Of a stretch of 64,000 nt of DNA, positions 1-13,007 are shown one piece after another. The number at the start of each line of letters is the position of its first letter. Position 1 is the stretch's first letter. The position numbers and the translations under genes were made by a program. The notes under the pieces are model-generated. The model was not told the DNA's origin. It searched no databases and was given only the letters and a program-made list of their open reading frames with translations. Source of the DNA: the human T2T-CHM13v2.0 reference genome, Homo sapiens; the NCBI RefSeq assembly GCF_009914755.1, contig NC_060927.1, one strand, 5' to 3'.

Positions 1-474
1 TGTCTTCTTTATCTGGTCAAAAATTCTTACTGGGAAGGGAATATGTCTTATTCACCTTCATATCTTCTATGCAGCTCAGCACAGTAACTTGACACATCAA
101 AGACTCATGAACCTATCTTAATAAGTTGGACTGCACCTTTAATAAATATTTATGTAATTATTTAATATATATCTATTATATTTCCCCATTACTATTTGCC
201 AGTGAGAAAATACTTCTTTCCCCATGTTAAATTCCTTTTAGAGGTAAAACAAAAAATTATCAGGCTTTTTTAAAATGCATCTCTCAGAGTTGGATATTTG
301 AAGATAAACTTAGGTTGTCTTTTGACTCATTCCAAATCATTTTACCCCACACATAAAAATTGGGGATCCTAGTATATATTTAACTCTCTGTCTTCAGTCA
401 AGAATGGGATAAATTATCCCTTAGAATTTAAACTTAAAAGTTTAATTTTATTTAGTTGTTTATCGCCAAAGTCT

Positions 475-1165
<691 letters not shown>

Positions 1166-2058
1166 AGTCTATTACTGCTATATTTTTGACACTTAACATT
1201 CCTTGTCAGTTAAGAAACTACTTATTATTCAAGTGTTTTAGTGTATTTCTCATTTGAAATTAAAATTTCTGCAATTTTAACTAAAATCCTCGAGAAAAGA
1301 TAAATTTTTCTGGCTAAGAAGGCCTGATCTATAAAGTATAAAAATGTGCATGCTAACCCCAAATATAGCAAATGCTAAGATTTTTTCATGTGAAAAGAAA
1401 AAATAATAATAATAATTTATATGATTTTATGAGGCATTCCTTATCTTGCCCCTAGACAGTGACAGAGGAAAGTGACTCTTGGCTCAGCTGGCTGAATGGT
1501 CATCCTGCACATGATTGCCGGGTAAGGTGACCTCAGTTATTCTGAGTTTACTATCATGAATCCTGGGCTTCTTGCCACTAAGACTACCTCTGAAACATAT
1601 TCTTGAATTTCCCTTACACACACTTTGCTAACAGGAATAATAAAGAAGTAGCCATTTATGTTTATACATTTATGTTCATTTGTGGCACACATCTGGAACT
1701 AGTACGTCTTTAAAGGTCCCTTCAACTGACCCCTTGCATCAAAGCCCTTTCTCAAAGCTAATCATTACAGCCAAATTTAGTGGTTATATATTAAAACGTG
1801 AAAAAGCATTTTGATAAGAGTTATAGGGTTGGCAAAAAAAATCTAATGAAACCATGGAGATACAAAAATAGCAATGTAGAAACATAAAGCTTTAAGTTAT
1901 TTTAAATTTCAGAGAGCTCAATTTAGCTCAACCAAAGCAGAAAAGAATATGAAATGATAATAAAGAAACAGAAATCACAAATCACTTTTGGGAAGTTTTT
2001 ATTGTACCACTAAGAGGTATTTTTCTGTCCTGAAGAATATCAATCTCTTAGCTTGAGA

Positions 2059-2530
2059 GTATTAAAGAAAAAAGTTATTCAGTGATACTTGTTAAAGCAT
2101 CATTTAGATACTTATTAAAGACTTTTTCAAGACCATTATAATAGGTATAGGAAGCACTGTAAGGGGGTCTTGCACTGGAGAAGAGAGATTGGGCTCAGTT
2201 CTAAATATGGCATTGACAAGTGGGAATTATTTATAGTCAAGGAGCAAGGTAGGGGTTATAGGATAGAAAGTTACTAACAGGAAACATCAGGGGTAAGCAA
2301 GATTTCTGGCTGAACAACTTAACAGAATTTCTGCTGAACACAGGCTGCAGTGATCAGTCATCACCTGGGAGATGGTAGAGGGTTAGGAACCTGATCAGAT
2401 ATCGAGGGTGAGCAGATATCAAGAGTCTTGGGGGTTCTTAGCAGGGATCACCCAAACTAGATTTACAAAGTACACACATGGGCCAAGGAGCGGGTTCAGA
2501 AGCCTGACTAAAAGTTTGGTCAAGCAAACA
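2059..2530 (-). mobile_element. ERV1 solo LTR (MER67/MER31-like)
   Basis: Reverse strand reads tgcttgaccaaacttttagtcaggcttctgaac...ctcgatatctgatcaggttcct, which resembles MER67 LTR consensus motifs. Confidence 0.7.
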
Positions 2531-2875
2531 GGTTTGGAATGCATCCCTCAATAAAGTACCAGGGGCTCTGAAAGAGTATAATTAATAAACCCTCAGGCAT
2601 AATCATAGATCCTGGTTATTTTACCTAAGCACAATTCTGCAATATTCCCCAGGGCCTACCCCTATCGTCATTCCCTAGAGCATAGATAGAATACAATGTG
2701 CCCAGCACTCAAACTGTAACTCTTTGGGAGGTGGCACTGGGTGCATGTTTTATATATAGTGAGAAGTTAATCAGGAAGCTCCCTACGCTACAGCACAGCA
2801 AAGGAAAGACTTGTAAAGAGCTGCCACTGTGTACAAAAAAAATTGTACAACACACTTACAAATAGACTGAGGTAA

Positions 2876-3206
<331 letters not shown>

Positions 3207-3281
3207 TCAAAAGGTTTTTTTAATTTTAGAAAACATAATCTTCAAAACAAAAGACATTCCCTGAAAGGATTTGGAGCTCTA

Positions 3282-3530
3282 GAATACAGGTGGATAGAAG
3301 AAATAAGTTCCAATTTTCAATAGCAGAGAAAGGTGGCTATAATTAACAACAATGTATTGTATATTTCAAAATAGCTAGAAGAGAAGATTTGAAATGTTAT
3401 CAACACATAAAAATGATAAATACCCAAGGTGATAGATGCCCTGAATACTCTGCATTCTATGCATGTAACAAAATATTACATGTAACCCATAAATGTGTGC
3501 AAATATTATGTATCTATGAAAAAATCAAAA
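3282..3530 (+). mobile_element. L1MA-type 3' UTR fragment
   Basis: Contains gtatatttcaaaatagctagaagagaagatttgaaatgtt...catgtaacaaaatattacatgtaacccataaat and an A-rich tail. Confidence 0.8.
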
Positions 3531-4142
3531 AAGTAAATACCAAACCTAACTAAATAAAAAAAGAATATAATTATATTAAGTATTTTAAATTTTATTTGAC
3601 AATTAAAGTATTGATTAAATTAGCATTTAAACATTCATGTGGATTTAATTAGGTAATAGGATAATTTAATAACTTAATCCGCTCAAGGTAAAAACATTAT
3701 AGCAACAGAATGGCATGCATGGGGGGATTGTAGTCCATAGGAAATAAAACTACCTATAGAAAAAAAAAATTAGAAACATCAAAGAATGGAAAGTCAATTA
3801 ACCGACTTAGAAGAATGGCTTGATGTAAACACTGCAAATGCAGATTGAAAGACAGCATTTAAAGGAATACTAAAGCTAAGTAATAAAACAGGAAGAATAC
3901 ACATTATCCAACATGGATATTTTTGGTAGCACTGAATAGAAAACTCCACAAACGTTACAGAAGAGACATATTAAAATATGACATAAGAAAGTTGCACAGG
4001 AAGGAAGAGAAGAGGAGGGAGACAGGAGGATAAGAAAAGTAGTAGGAGGATAAGAAGAAAGAGACAAAAATAAACTAGGCAGAACTATCTCAGCCTTTGT
4101 TCTAGGTACCTGAAATATGCTAACTCAGTATGGAACACATAC

Positions 4143-4260
4143 TTTTATTATCCCCATGTTCAGATGCTAAAACTGAGGCAGAGAGGGGTAAGTAACTTAC
4201 CCCAGGTCACAAAGCAAGTGGCAGAGCCAGAATTTAAACTTAGGTAGTCTAACTTTAGAG
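4143..4260 (-). mobile_element. MIR fragment
   Basis: Antisense MIR core: ttattatccccat...aaactgaggcagagagg...ccaggtcaca...agtggcagagccag. Confidence 0.8.
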
Positions 4261-4368
4261 AGCAAAAGAACACAAATTCTAGGAAATTTGAAAACAGTGA
4301 ATCATTAGTTTAATACTTGAGCCAAAAAAAAAGAAATTCAATTATCATTCTCATTTAAATTATAGTAG

Positions 4369-4958
4369 TGATAAAGATCCATTGTCTGGAGAAACTCCTT
4401 GGGTCCTTGGTCTTGGTTGAGAAAATTAGCAACATGGACATACATGGAGTGGTTTAAGGAACAGAAAGTTTATATTAAACTTTCAAGAAAGAAGAAAACA
4501 GCTCCCTTGTACAGAGGGAGGAGGGCTCTGAATGGAAAACCCCACATGTGGCAGAAAGCAATCGGTTCTATTGAGAGGCTGGAGGAGGCAGTGTCTGATT
4601 TGTTTGGGCCCAGGGGATTGGTTTGACCAGGTTTGTCATTCATGTAGCCTGCGGCGGGGCGGGGGGAGGGGGACTTGCCTTCCCACCCTAGCCTTTTAAT
4701 ATGCAAATGCTACCATGATGTCCTGCACACGTGGCAACAATGAACAAGTGGCGGGAACTGCCACACTGGGTGGACCTGGCTTCTAGCCACCGGTATTTGC
4801 ATATCAATGCTTGCAGGTCAGGTTTTTCAGGCCACTTTCTGTTAGAAAAGAAATGTTTGTTGGGGGGAGCTGCTTTTTTATTAAAAGAAAAAGCCTTGCT
4901 GAGGACTCTTTTACCCTCTCTAGGTGACTAAAATAATTTCTTAGTAATTCCTGTAATA
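4369..4958 (-). repeat. 3' LTR of the provirus
   Basis: Aligns to 13701-14282. On the minus strand it is immediately preceded by the polypurine tract GAGTGGGGGAAA (plus 4959-4970). Confidence 0.93.
4795..4809 (-). promoter_or_regulatory. SOX-OCT composite motif in the 3' LTR
   Basis: Minus strand CATTGATATGCAAAT. A second octamer ATGCAAAT lies at 4701-4708. Confidence 0.6.
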
Positions 4959-5059
4959 TTTCCCCCACTCAGGAGATGTCACCCTAACTGCTGTTGGGGG
5001 TTTTGGACAGCGACTGTTTCTGGCCACTTCTGATGAAAAGGGGAAGTGGGGAACAGCAG

Positions 5060-6917
5060 CTAGGGTTCCTCCTGGGGTCAATCTAAGGGTCCTCAGAAGA
5101 ATGGCATGTCGGTGAGTGGTTCTGTTTGTAGCACCATTTGGAGTTTGATTGCTTCTAGGTGAGAGGAAACAATTCTGGTTATAGTATTGAGTATAAAAGG
5201 TCCAAATATTAATATGAGACATATAAGCAAGAGGGGGCTTAATAAAGGAACTAACCAGTTTCATAAAGAAGACTGGAATTCATTAAAGAGGGATTGTAGC
5301 CACCTGGGGCTGAAGCCTGCATTTTCTCTTAGCCTGTCAATGACTTTGATATCATCTTTAAGTACCTGTAGGTTTTCCTCTACTTGACTATACGTGTTAA
5401 TCCAGAAGGAATATGTTTCATTTAAAAGTGCACAGGTACCTCCTATTTCAGCCATAAGGACATCTAAGGCCCATCTATTTTGTGCTACTACTCAGGCTAA
5501 AGAGTCATAGATTGCTGTTGTGCCTCTATGGCCCCTACAGTTGCCTTCCATCTTCATTGTATTATAACAGGAATATTAAGTACCAATCTGTCAAGGAGAG
5601 GGATGCCAGCAAACCAGAATAGACCTCTGGCTATAGAATTTCCCATCCATGGTTTTTCCAAGCTGGGATTGTCACGTGCATGCCCTCCTCAGTCTCCCCT
5701 TTCAGTTAAATCTCCATATGAGGGCATAGAAATGATAGAGCTCTTTGTCCAGTGTATTTGAGATAGTACAGTTTCTAGAAAAGAGCCTAAGTTAGGAATG
5801 TCCTCAGATGATGCTGCCATCTTAGTACAGTTTAAAAATAATAAGTCAGGAACTACTGCTACTACAGTACAGGTTCCCTTCCAATGCCTTGGAAAGATTA
5901 AATGTAGCCAGGAGCCACAAAGAAAATATAACCCTGTTCCTTGAAAGGATGGTTCTAAGCTGTGGCTTGTGAGAGACACCAGCAGATTTTTCTCATATCT
6001 TAGAAGTCTCCCCTCTTTACATATAACAAGGGCATCCTTGGGATAAGGATAGTCATTTATGATAAGATTTGGAATTTGAAATGCCAAGTGAGAAGGGTCC
6101 ACCTGAAAAATGGAGTTTTGAAAAATTAGGGACATAGTATTTCCTGGCCAGTATCTCAAATGATCCCTGTGGCAAGGGCTGCCGGTCCAGATGTCTCCAG
6201 TTTGCCCACAGATTTGTAGGCCACTACTATTAGCAAACATCATACAAGGGTCTAGAATTCCATGAGGGGGCATGTTTGGAAAGGCCTGTGTGTTATTCTT
6301 TCCATTATAGTCAAGGTGGTTACTTAGAGCATGCCATTCCCTTCGGGACTTCCAACCACAAGGAGAGGCTAGACTCCAAAAGCCCCCCACTCCCCCACTA
6401 AGGCTTCTGATCCTTTTAGATCACCCTTATGGCACTTTCCTCCCCACATCTTTGAACTATCAGCAATTACAAGTGTGATATTACAACATTTAAGATCTCC
6501 CAAGTATGGTCCTTCCTTGCTGCTTTTAAAGGAGAGGGAGGCGTTTGCTATTACCCAGTCAACTTTTCCCAGCCTGAAGGTGTGCAGCTTATCTGTGGGG
6601 AGAGCGTTCTTCCGAGTGTTTTCCTGAGAATAGTTACCCAGTTAAAATTGCTCCCATACCATGTCCCATTTACGCCTGATAAGTCTTTAAGGATTAAAGG
6701 TAAAACTAACAAAGGGAATCCTAAGAAGGTAAGTTCTGGGTCATTAAGAGGTTTCTTAGTGTTATTGAACTGAGCACACGGCTTAGGACAGATCCAATAA
6801 TTAGTCTTGTCATAAAAACGGGCCATGGCTGATATTGTAGGAGCTAATGGATGTGATGTGTTAGTTACTAAGTTTGATAAAAAGTTCTAGCAGACTTAGT
6901 GATAGTAAAACATTCAG
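5060..6917 (-). pseudogene. env: ERV env remnant (SU+TM), multiple stops and frameshifts
   Basis: SU fragments ...NYWICPKPC... and ...LYFLCGSWLHLIFPRHWKGTCTVVAVVPDL. Decayed furin site WTKS (probably RTKR). CKS-17-like ISD AQNRWALDVLMAEIGGTCALLNET, with the CX6CC motif decayed to YS. TM anchor LLSPLLLICLILIFGPFILN and cytoplasmic tail LEAIKLQMV. Confidence 0.9.
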
Positions 6918-6919
6918 GT

Positions 6920-7099
6920 TTACTTCCTGTCAGTAACGGCTATTCCTGTTATGAGGATGGTAATTAGGTAAAATGCTACAGTAATTGAGATTCTCTGTCT
7001 GATATTTCACCCAGAGGGTGCTACAGTATATAGTCCTACTGCAAATAGTAGAGTGAGTATAACAGTTCCTGCAAGGGTGGCGTAGTAAGTAATTTCCAT
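6920..7099 (-). pseudogene. Small hydrophobic ORF between pol and env (59 codons, one internal TGA)
   Basis: Translation MEITYYATLAGTVILTLLFAVGLYTVAPSG*NIRQRISITVAFYLITILITGIAVTDRK*. It has two hydrophobic stretches. Function is unknown. Confidence 0.5.
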
Positions 7100-7304
7100 C
7101 TAAAATTGTTATTTGCCAAGATATACAATTTCTCTTTGGAGCTCTATGAAGTTATAATGTAACTCTATGGATAATTAAAAATTCCCTTGCAAATATGCAT
7201 CAAAAAGAAGGTCTAATATTTGGTGACGAATCTCAAAAGGAGAGGTAGAAACAAAGTATTTGGTGAGGTAGGGGCGTGAGTAAGATAAGTAGTTCTCACT
7301 CAGT

Positions 7305-10300
7305 TACTTATCTTTTGGGATTTTCGGCTTAAGATCTCTTCTTTCTTCACATTGATATTCAGGACCTTCCTCTGGGCTGTCAGGGGTTGTTCCCTCAGCT
7401 TTCCAGGCTTCAATCTGAGTGTGATGTATCCAGGAGTCGATTCCTGTAGCTTTTATTGCCAAGGGAGTTGGGAGAAAGAACAGTGTAAGGCCCTTCCCAG
7501 CTTGGGCCTAGAGAAGGAGAGAAAGAGGAGAGAGCCTTTACCAGTACCAAATCTCCTGGGTTAAACAGAAGTGGTCCTCTTTTCTGGGATTGAGCTTTTG
7601 CTAATTGTGCTAATTCCTGTTGGAAGTGTGCCAGAGAGGTTACATGCTTAACTAACTCAGAGGTTTCCCGATCTAACGGAAAATCACTGGTGAGGAAAGG
7701 TCATCCATACAGCATCTCAAAAGGGCTAAGACCTAATTTAGAAGGGGTATTCTTATTCACAGCAAGGCCACGGGAAGAAGAGTGACCCAAGGAAGCTGAG
7801 TTTCTTGGGATAATTTTCTGAGGTGTCTCTTGATAATATCATTAGTTTTCTCCACCTTTCCTGAGGACTGGGGTCTCCAAGCACAATGGAGACGATATTC
7901 TATGCCTAGTGCTTTTGAGACCCCTTGTGTGACAGCTGCCTTAAATGAGGGCCATTGTCACTTTGAAAGGACTTAGGTAGACCAAAGCAGGGAGCTATTT
8001 CATTAACTAACACTTTTAATACCTCAGAGGCTTTTTCTGTGTGGCATGGAAATGCTTCTACCCAGCTAGTGAGGGTATCTACCCATACCAGGAGGTATTG
8101 AATGCCCTTCATCTTTGGCATGTGGGTGAAGTCTATCTGCCAGTCCTCCCCTGGATAACTTCCTATTCTTTGGGTTTGAGGAGGAAGGAGTTGCCTGTTC
8201 AGGGGAATATTTTTTTAAGACAGATTTTAGCATTAAAAACTTTCTTGACTGTTTTTAGTAAGTTCAATCCTGAAAACAATCTCTGATCACACTGATAAGT
8301 TTTATCCTTTCCCAGTTGAAAAGCTTGGTGAAGGATTTTAAGAACTTTCCATTGGCTGAGACTGGCAAGTGGAGTTTGCCATCCTCTGACTGTAGCCATC
8401 CTGTGGGCTGAAAAGTATAACCTCGACAAGTGGCCCATTCTGTTTCTGTAGGGGAGTACTTAGTTATTTTTTCGGAATCTTTTATGGAGCCTTCCCAGAT
8501 TAGAGGGTTTTGAAGTGTGTTGATGTCTTGAGGCTTCCTTGCTGCTGACTTAGCGGCCTGATCATCTAGTCTATTTCCTTAGGCTACCTCATCTGTTCCC
8601 TTTTGATGTCCCCTGAAATGCATAACTTCTATTTCTCATGGAAGGAAAACTGAAGATAATAACCTGATAATTTCCTGGTGATATTTTACAGGAGATCCAT
8701 TAGTGGTAAGAAAATGTCTTCCCTTCCAGATGACAGCATGAGCATGGAAAACCAGGAAAGCATACTTGGAGTCAGTGTAAATGTTAGCTACCTTTCCATT
8801 GTTTAATTTAAGTGTTATTGTCAGAGCTATTAGCTCAACTAATTGAGTGCTTGTGCTTGGAGGGAGAGATGTACTTTCAATGACGTCATTTAGAGAACTG
8901 CATATCCTGCCTTATGGATTCCTTGTTCTACAAAAGAGCTCTCATCTGTGAAGAGGGTCCAGTCTGGGTTCTCCAGGGGAGTTTCTCTGAGATCTTCCCT
9001 GGCTGCATAGGTCCGTATTATGACTTGTTCACAATCATATTCAGGTTCCCGAGTTTCCTTGCGGAGGAAAGTGTCTGGATGTAGGTAAGAACAAGTTTTT
9101 CATTTGATGTTGGAACCCTCTAACAGCAGGGCCTCCTAGTTGAACAGTCAGCTGTCTGTTAGCCAGAGGCTCCCTCTAGGGTACGGTAGTCCTGCCATGT
9201 TGTGTGGGGTGTAAACAGTTCAATCATTTCCCAGGGTTAATTTGGAGGCTTCTGGGACCATTGCCACTGAGGCAATGGCTCAGAGACATGCTGGCCATTG
9301 TTTAGCCACCAAATCAAGTTCCTTATTTAGGTAACCCACTGGTTGTTGAGCTGGTCCTTGGGTCTGTGTTAAAACTCCCAGGGCCATTCCCTTCCTTTGT
9401 GATACATACAGATTTAAGCCCTTCCCTACAGGAAGGTTGAGAGCTGATGCCTTAAGCAAGGCTTGCTTTAGCTGGTCAAAGGCCTTTTGAGCTTCAGGTT
9501 CCAAGGTTAAAAGATGAGTTTTAGTTCCCTTAGTTACTTTTATGAGATTATATAATAAATGGGTTATTTCACCATACCCAGGTATCCATAGTCTGCAAAA
9601 TCCTGTAATGCCCAAAAATCCTCTTAGTTGCTTGAGGGTTTTGGAGAGGAGGAAGGAGGAAATAGGCTTAATCCTTTCTTCCCCTAATGTTCCAATCCCC
9701 TCAGACAGCACTAAACCTAGGTGCTTCGCTGAGGCTTGACAAAGCTGGGCCCTGGGTTTTGAAACCTTATATCCTCTATTACTAAGAAGTTAAGGAGAGC
9801 TTCAGTGCCTTCCTGAGAAGCTTCCTCAGTTGGGGCACAGAGCAGAGTAACAACAACATCCTGCAAGACCCTAACTTGAGGATGCGAAAACTCAGAGAGG
9901 TCTTTTGACAGTGCCTGTTCAAACACATTCCTGAGGAAGCACTGTCCATGTTAATTGGGCAGTTTGGCCAGAGGGATCTTCGAAGGCAAAGAGGTATTGA
10001 GAGTCAGAATGTAACCGTATGCAGAAAAAGGCATCCTTTAAATCTAGAACTGTAAACCATTTAGTTCCCTCAGATATGTGAATTAACGGGGTATAGGGAT
10101 TAAATACCACTGGGTGGATTGGAACTACAGCTTCTTTAATGAGGCGGAACTAGTCCTGAACTAGTCTCCATTCCCCATTGGCTTTCTGCACTCCTAATAT
10201 TGGGGTGTTTCAGGGGCTACTATAGGGTTTGAGGAGGCCCTGCATCTTTAGGTTATTAATAATAACTTCTAACCCTTTCCTAGCCTCTGGCCTTAGGGGA

Positions 10301-10788
10301 TACTGCCTCTGATTAGGAAAAGAAGTAGGATTCTTAAGATGGATCTGGACTGGTCTAGCAGTTATAGCTTGACCTATTCTTCCTTGAGTTGCCCACATTT
10401 CTGGATTAATATTAGCTTCCATCAGGAGGGGACAAAGAGTTTGTCCTGGGGCTATAAGGATGCTTGCCCCTGTGTGAACAAGAATATCTCTACCCAATAA
10501 AAGAGTGAGACTTTCAGGCATGATTAAAAAGCCATTTGTAAATAATAGGCCCCCATCTTCAGCTAACAGATTGAGAAAAATATCAGGTTAGAGTTTTTCC
10601 TGAGACACCCCTCACAGTCTTGCTATGGGAAGAGGGGAGGCCTGGATTACAGAGAAGAGAGAGGCTGATTCCAGTATCCCTAAGGGATCTACCTTCCTTC
10701 CTTCAATTTCCAGAATCAGCCAGGGCTCCTGTGTGGTAATGGCAGTCTGAGCCCCAGCTGAAGCTGGGGGATTGAGCCCCGGGACCCA
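7305..10788 (-). pseudogene. pol: ERV pro-pol remnant (protease, RT, RNase H, integrase), disrupted
   Basis: Protease LLGRDIL. RT WFTVLDLKDAFFCI...LTWTVLPQ and LRGFLGITGFCRLWIPGY, with YVDD decayed to QDVVV. RNase H WTLFTDESSF. IN WQIDFTHMP...VWVDTLTSWVEAFPC, QSDNG and PQSSGKVEK. Confidence 0.95.
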
Positions 10789-12280
10789 TCAGTCCTGCTG
10801 GACCATCTGCAAGACAGGTCCTGAACCCAGTGAGCTCTGTTTCCAGGGGCAGTTTGATCTCCAGTGGTCTCTGCCATGGGCTGGACAGGGTTGAGGTGGC
10901 TTGTTCTTTCTGCCTGGGCATTCCTTCTTAAAATGCCCTGACTTTCCACATTAATAACAGCTGGTAGATGCACCTTGGAGATCCTGGACTTTGCAAGCTT
11001 GCAAGGCTGCTAATAGAGGCTCTGTCCTTCTCTTGTGTTTCCTCTCCTTTTCTTGGGCCTCCTCCTGATCCCTATTGTAAAAGGCTGAAGTGGCTATTCT
11101 CAGGAGGTTCTTTAGGGTGCTATCTGGTCCTATAGCTTACTTCTGCAGTTTCCTTCTAATGTTGGAAGCTGCCTGTGTAATAAACTTCTCCTTCAGGATG
11201 AGCTGTCCCTTGACTGAATCAGAGGATAAAGAGGCATGTCTTATTAGTGCCTCTCTCCACCTTTCCATAAAGGCTGTGGGTTTCTCATCTGGTTTTTGGT
11301 CTATCATGGACAGTTTAGAGTAATTAAGAGGTTTAGCCCTGGTTTATCGTAGGCCCTCTAATATGCACATTTAAAAGTGCTTTCTTTTCCATTTATCTGC
11401 TGAGTTATTGAGGTTCCAATCAGGGTTGTCTACTTGAACTGCTTCTCTTCCTAGTGGGAATGGAGTTTCCATTACTTCTTCACCTTCCCTATCTCCTTTT
11501 TTTCTCTTTGGTCTGCCATAGGAGATGTTGTTCATCTTCATATTTTTCTGCTGCCTGCAGAACTGCTTGCTTTTCAGCTTCAGTGAGGCCTGACTTAGGA
11601 GCAACATAACATCCCTCCATGTGAGGTCAAACACCTGAGTTAAATTTTGGAAAATTTCTATATATTTATTGGGGTCATCAGAAAATCTGCTTAAGTCTCC
11701 CTTTAATTGCTTAAGGTCCTGTAATGAGAAGGGAACGTGAACCCTCATGGCACGATTTTCATCAGGCACTTCCTGCAGAGATAAGAATGAAGTGGGGAAA
11801 GTGGGTAATACTGGAGATGGTGGACCTGGAGGACCTGATGGTATGATTGGAGGGGCTTCTGGATGAGGGGAACTGAGTTGAGACATTCAATAGCTGTCTC
11901 AGATTGCTCCTCTGGAATCTGCTTTAGCTCTGGGGGACTATTCCTTGTGGGCTTGCCTGTCATGCTGCTAAAAGAACTGGGTCAATTGTACAAAGCTTGT
12001 AAAGGTCTGGGTCGTCTCGCAGGGCAAAGAAAGCCTGTACATTGGGTATCTCAGACCATTTGTCCTTCCATCTGCAGAAAATATCTAATTGTTGGACAGT
12101 ATTAAAATGAAGGCTCCCCCCAGCAGGCCAGGTTTGTCTGTCTTAAAGATGGTAAGAAGGCCATGCCCTTATGCCATAGAATATGAGGTGCTCTTTCTAC
12201 AAAGTCTCAGGGTTGAAGCAGTCCCAGTGCTTTAGAATATACTCCAGGGGAGTACATGCTGAACATGATCTGTTACCCAT
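10789..12280 (-). pseudogene. gag: ERV gag remnant, disrupted
   Basis: Starts MGNRSCSACTPLEYILKHWDCF, an HERV-W-like MA. CA fragment VHVPFSLQDLKQLKGDLSRFSDDPNKYI. NC knuckles CY*CGKSGHFKKEC and CPAHGRDHWRSNC. Ends MVQQD-TGA, as in the HERV-W/ERV9 gag-pro junction. Confidence 0.93.
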
Positions 12281-12992
12281 CTAGAAAGAGAAGTGAGAAA
12301 AAGGTGTCTCTTTTGTCTCCTTCCTCTCTCTGTATAACCCAGAGTGGAGAAGAAGACAGTGGGAGCGTCCCCCCAACTGTTTTCCTTCCTTGGTTCCTGG
12401 GTCCCAGCACCCTGTTAAATGTGCTGCCCATGGTTGTATGTGTGACCCTCCAAGCCATGGCACCAAAGAAACCAAGCAACTGGGGCTAGTCATGCTCATT
12501 CAAGTAGCTCTAGTCCTCTGCCTGTGATTTCCCTTTGACTTCCTAGACTTGTGTGACCTGTGTGCCTCCCTTAAAAAAAATTGACCTTGGGAAAGATTAT
12601 ATAAAAGGCAAGTGTCCTTTAATGGAGGGAATGTGCTAGATTGCCTGCTACTATGGCCCGTGTTAAAGCCTTAACCCTTAGAAAAATGGTTCTGGTTAAC
12701 TTTCAGACTTAAAATCCCCTTACTAATTAAGGACTGTCTTATTGGAGACAGAATAGTTTCCTTAAAGGGATGTGGGGGCCTAATCGTGACTTTCCTGTTG
12801 ATGGGACAGGATCAGGACTCAAATTTGGCTGCAGAGGACAATTTACTCCTAATTGTTGAAGGCAGAATTTTCCTGTTCACAGAAGCAGCATAAAGCCTGG
12901 TTTCCAGTAGGAAGGGGCAAAAAGGAAAAATTAGGAAGCTGCGGTGGACTGTAGCGGACAAGCAATGCGTCTTATGAAGAGGGTGTCTATTT

Positions 12993-13007
12993 CCACTAGG
13001 TGGCGCT
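12993..13007 (+). promoter_or_regulatory. CTCF consensus motif in the ERV 5' leader
   Basis: CCACTAGGTGGCGCT matches CCASYAGRKGGCRS. Binding is not shown. Confidence 0.55.

Noticed and set aside
5689-6390. 233-aa env SU ORF as a possible domesticated, suppressyn-like secreted protein
   Set aside because: It starts at a non-ATG codon, has no signal peptide in frame, is flanked by frameshifts and stops, and the furin site and CX6CC motif are decayed. This fits neutral decay.
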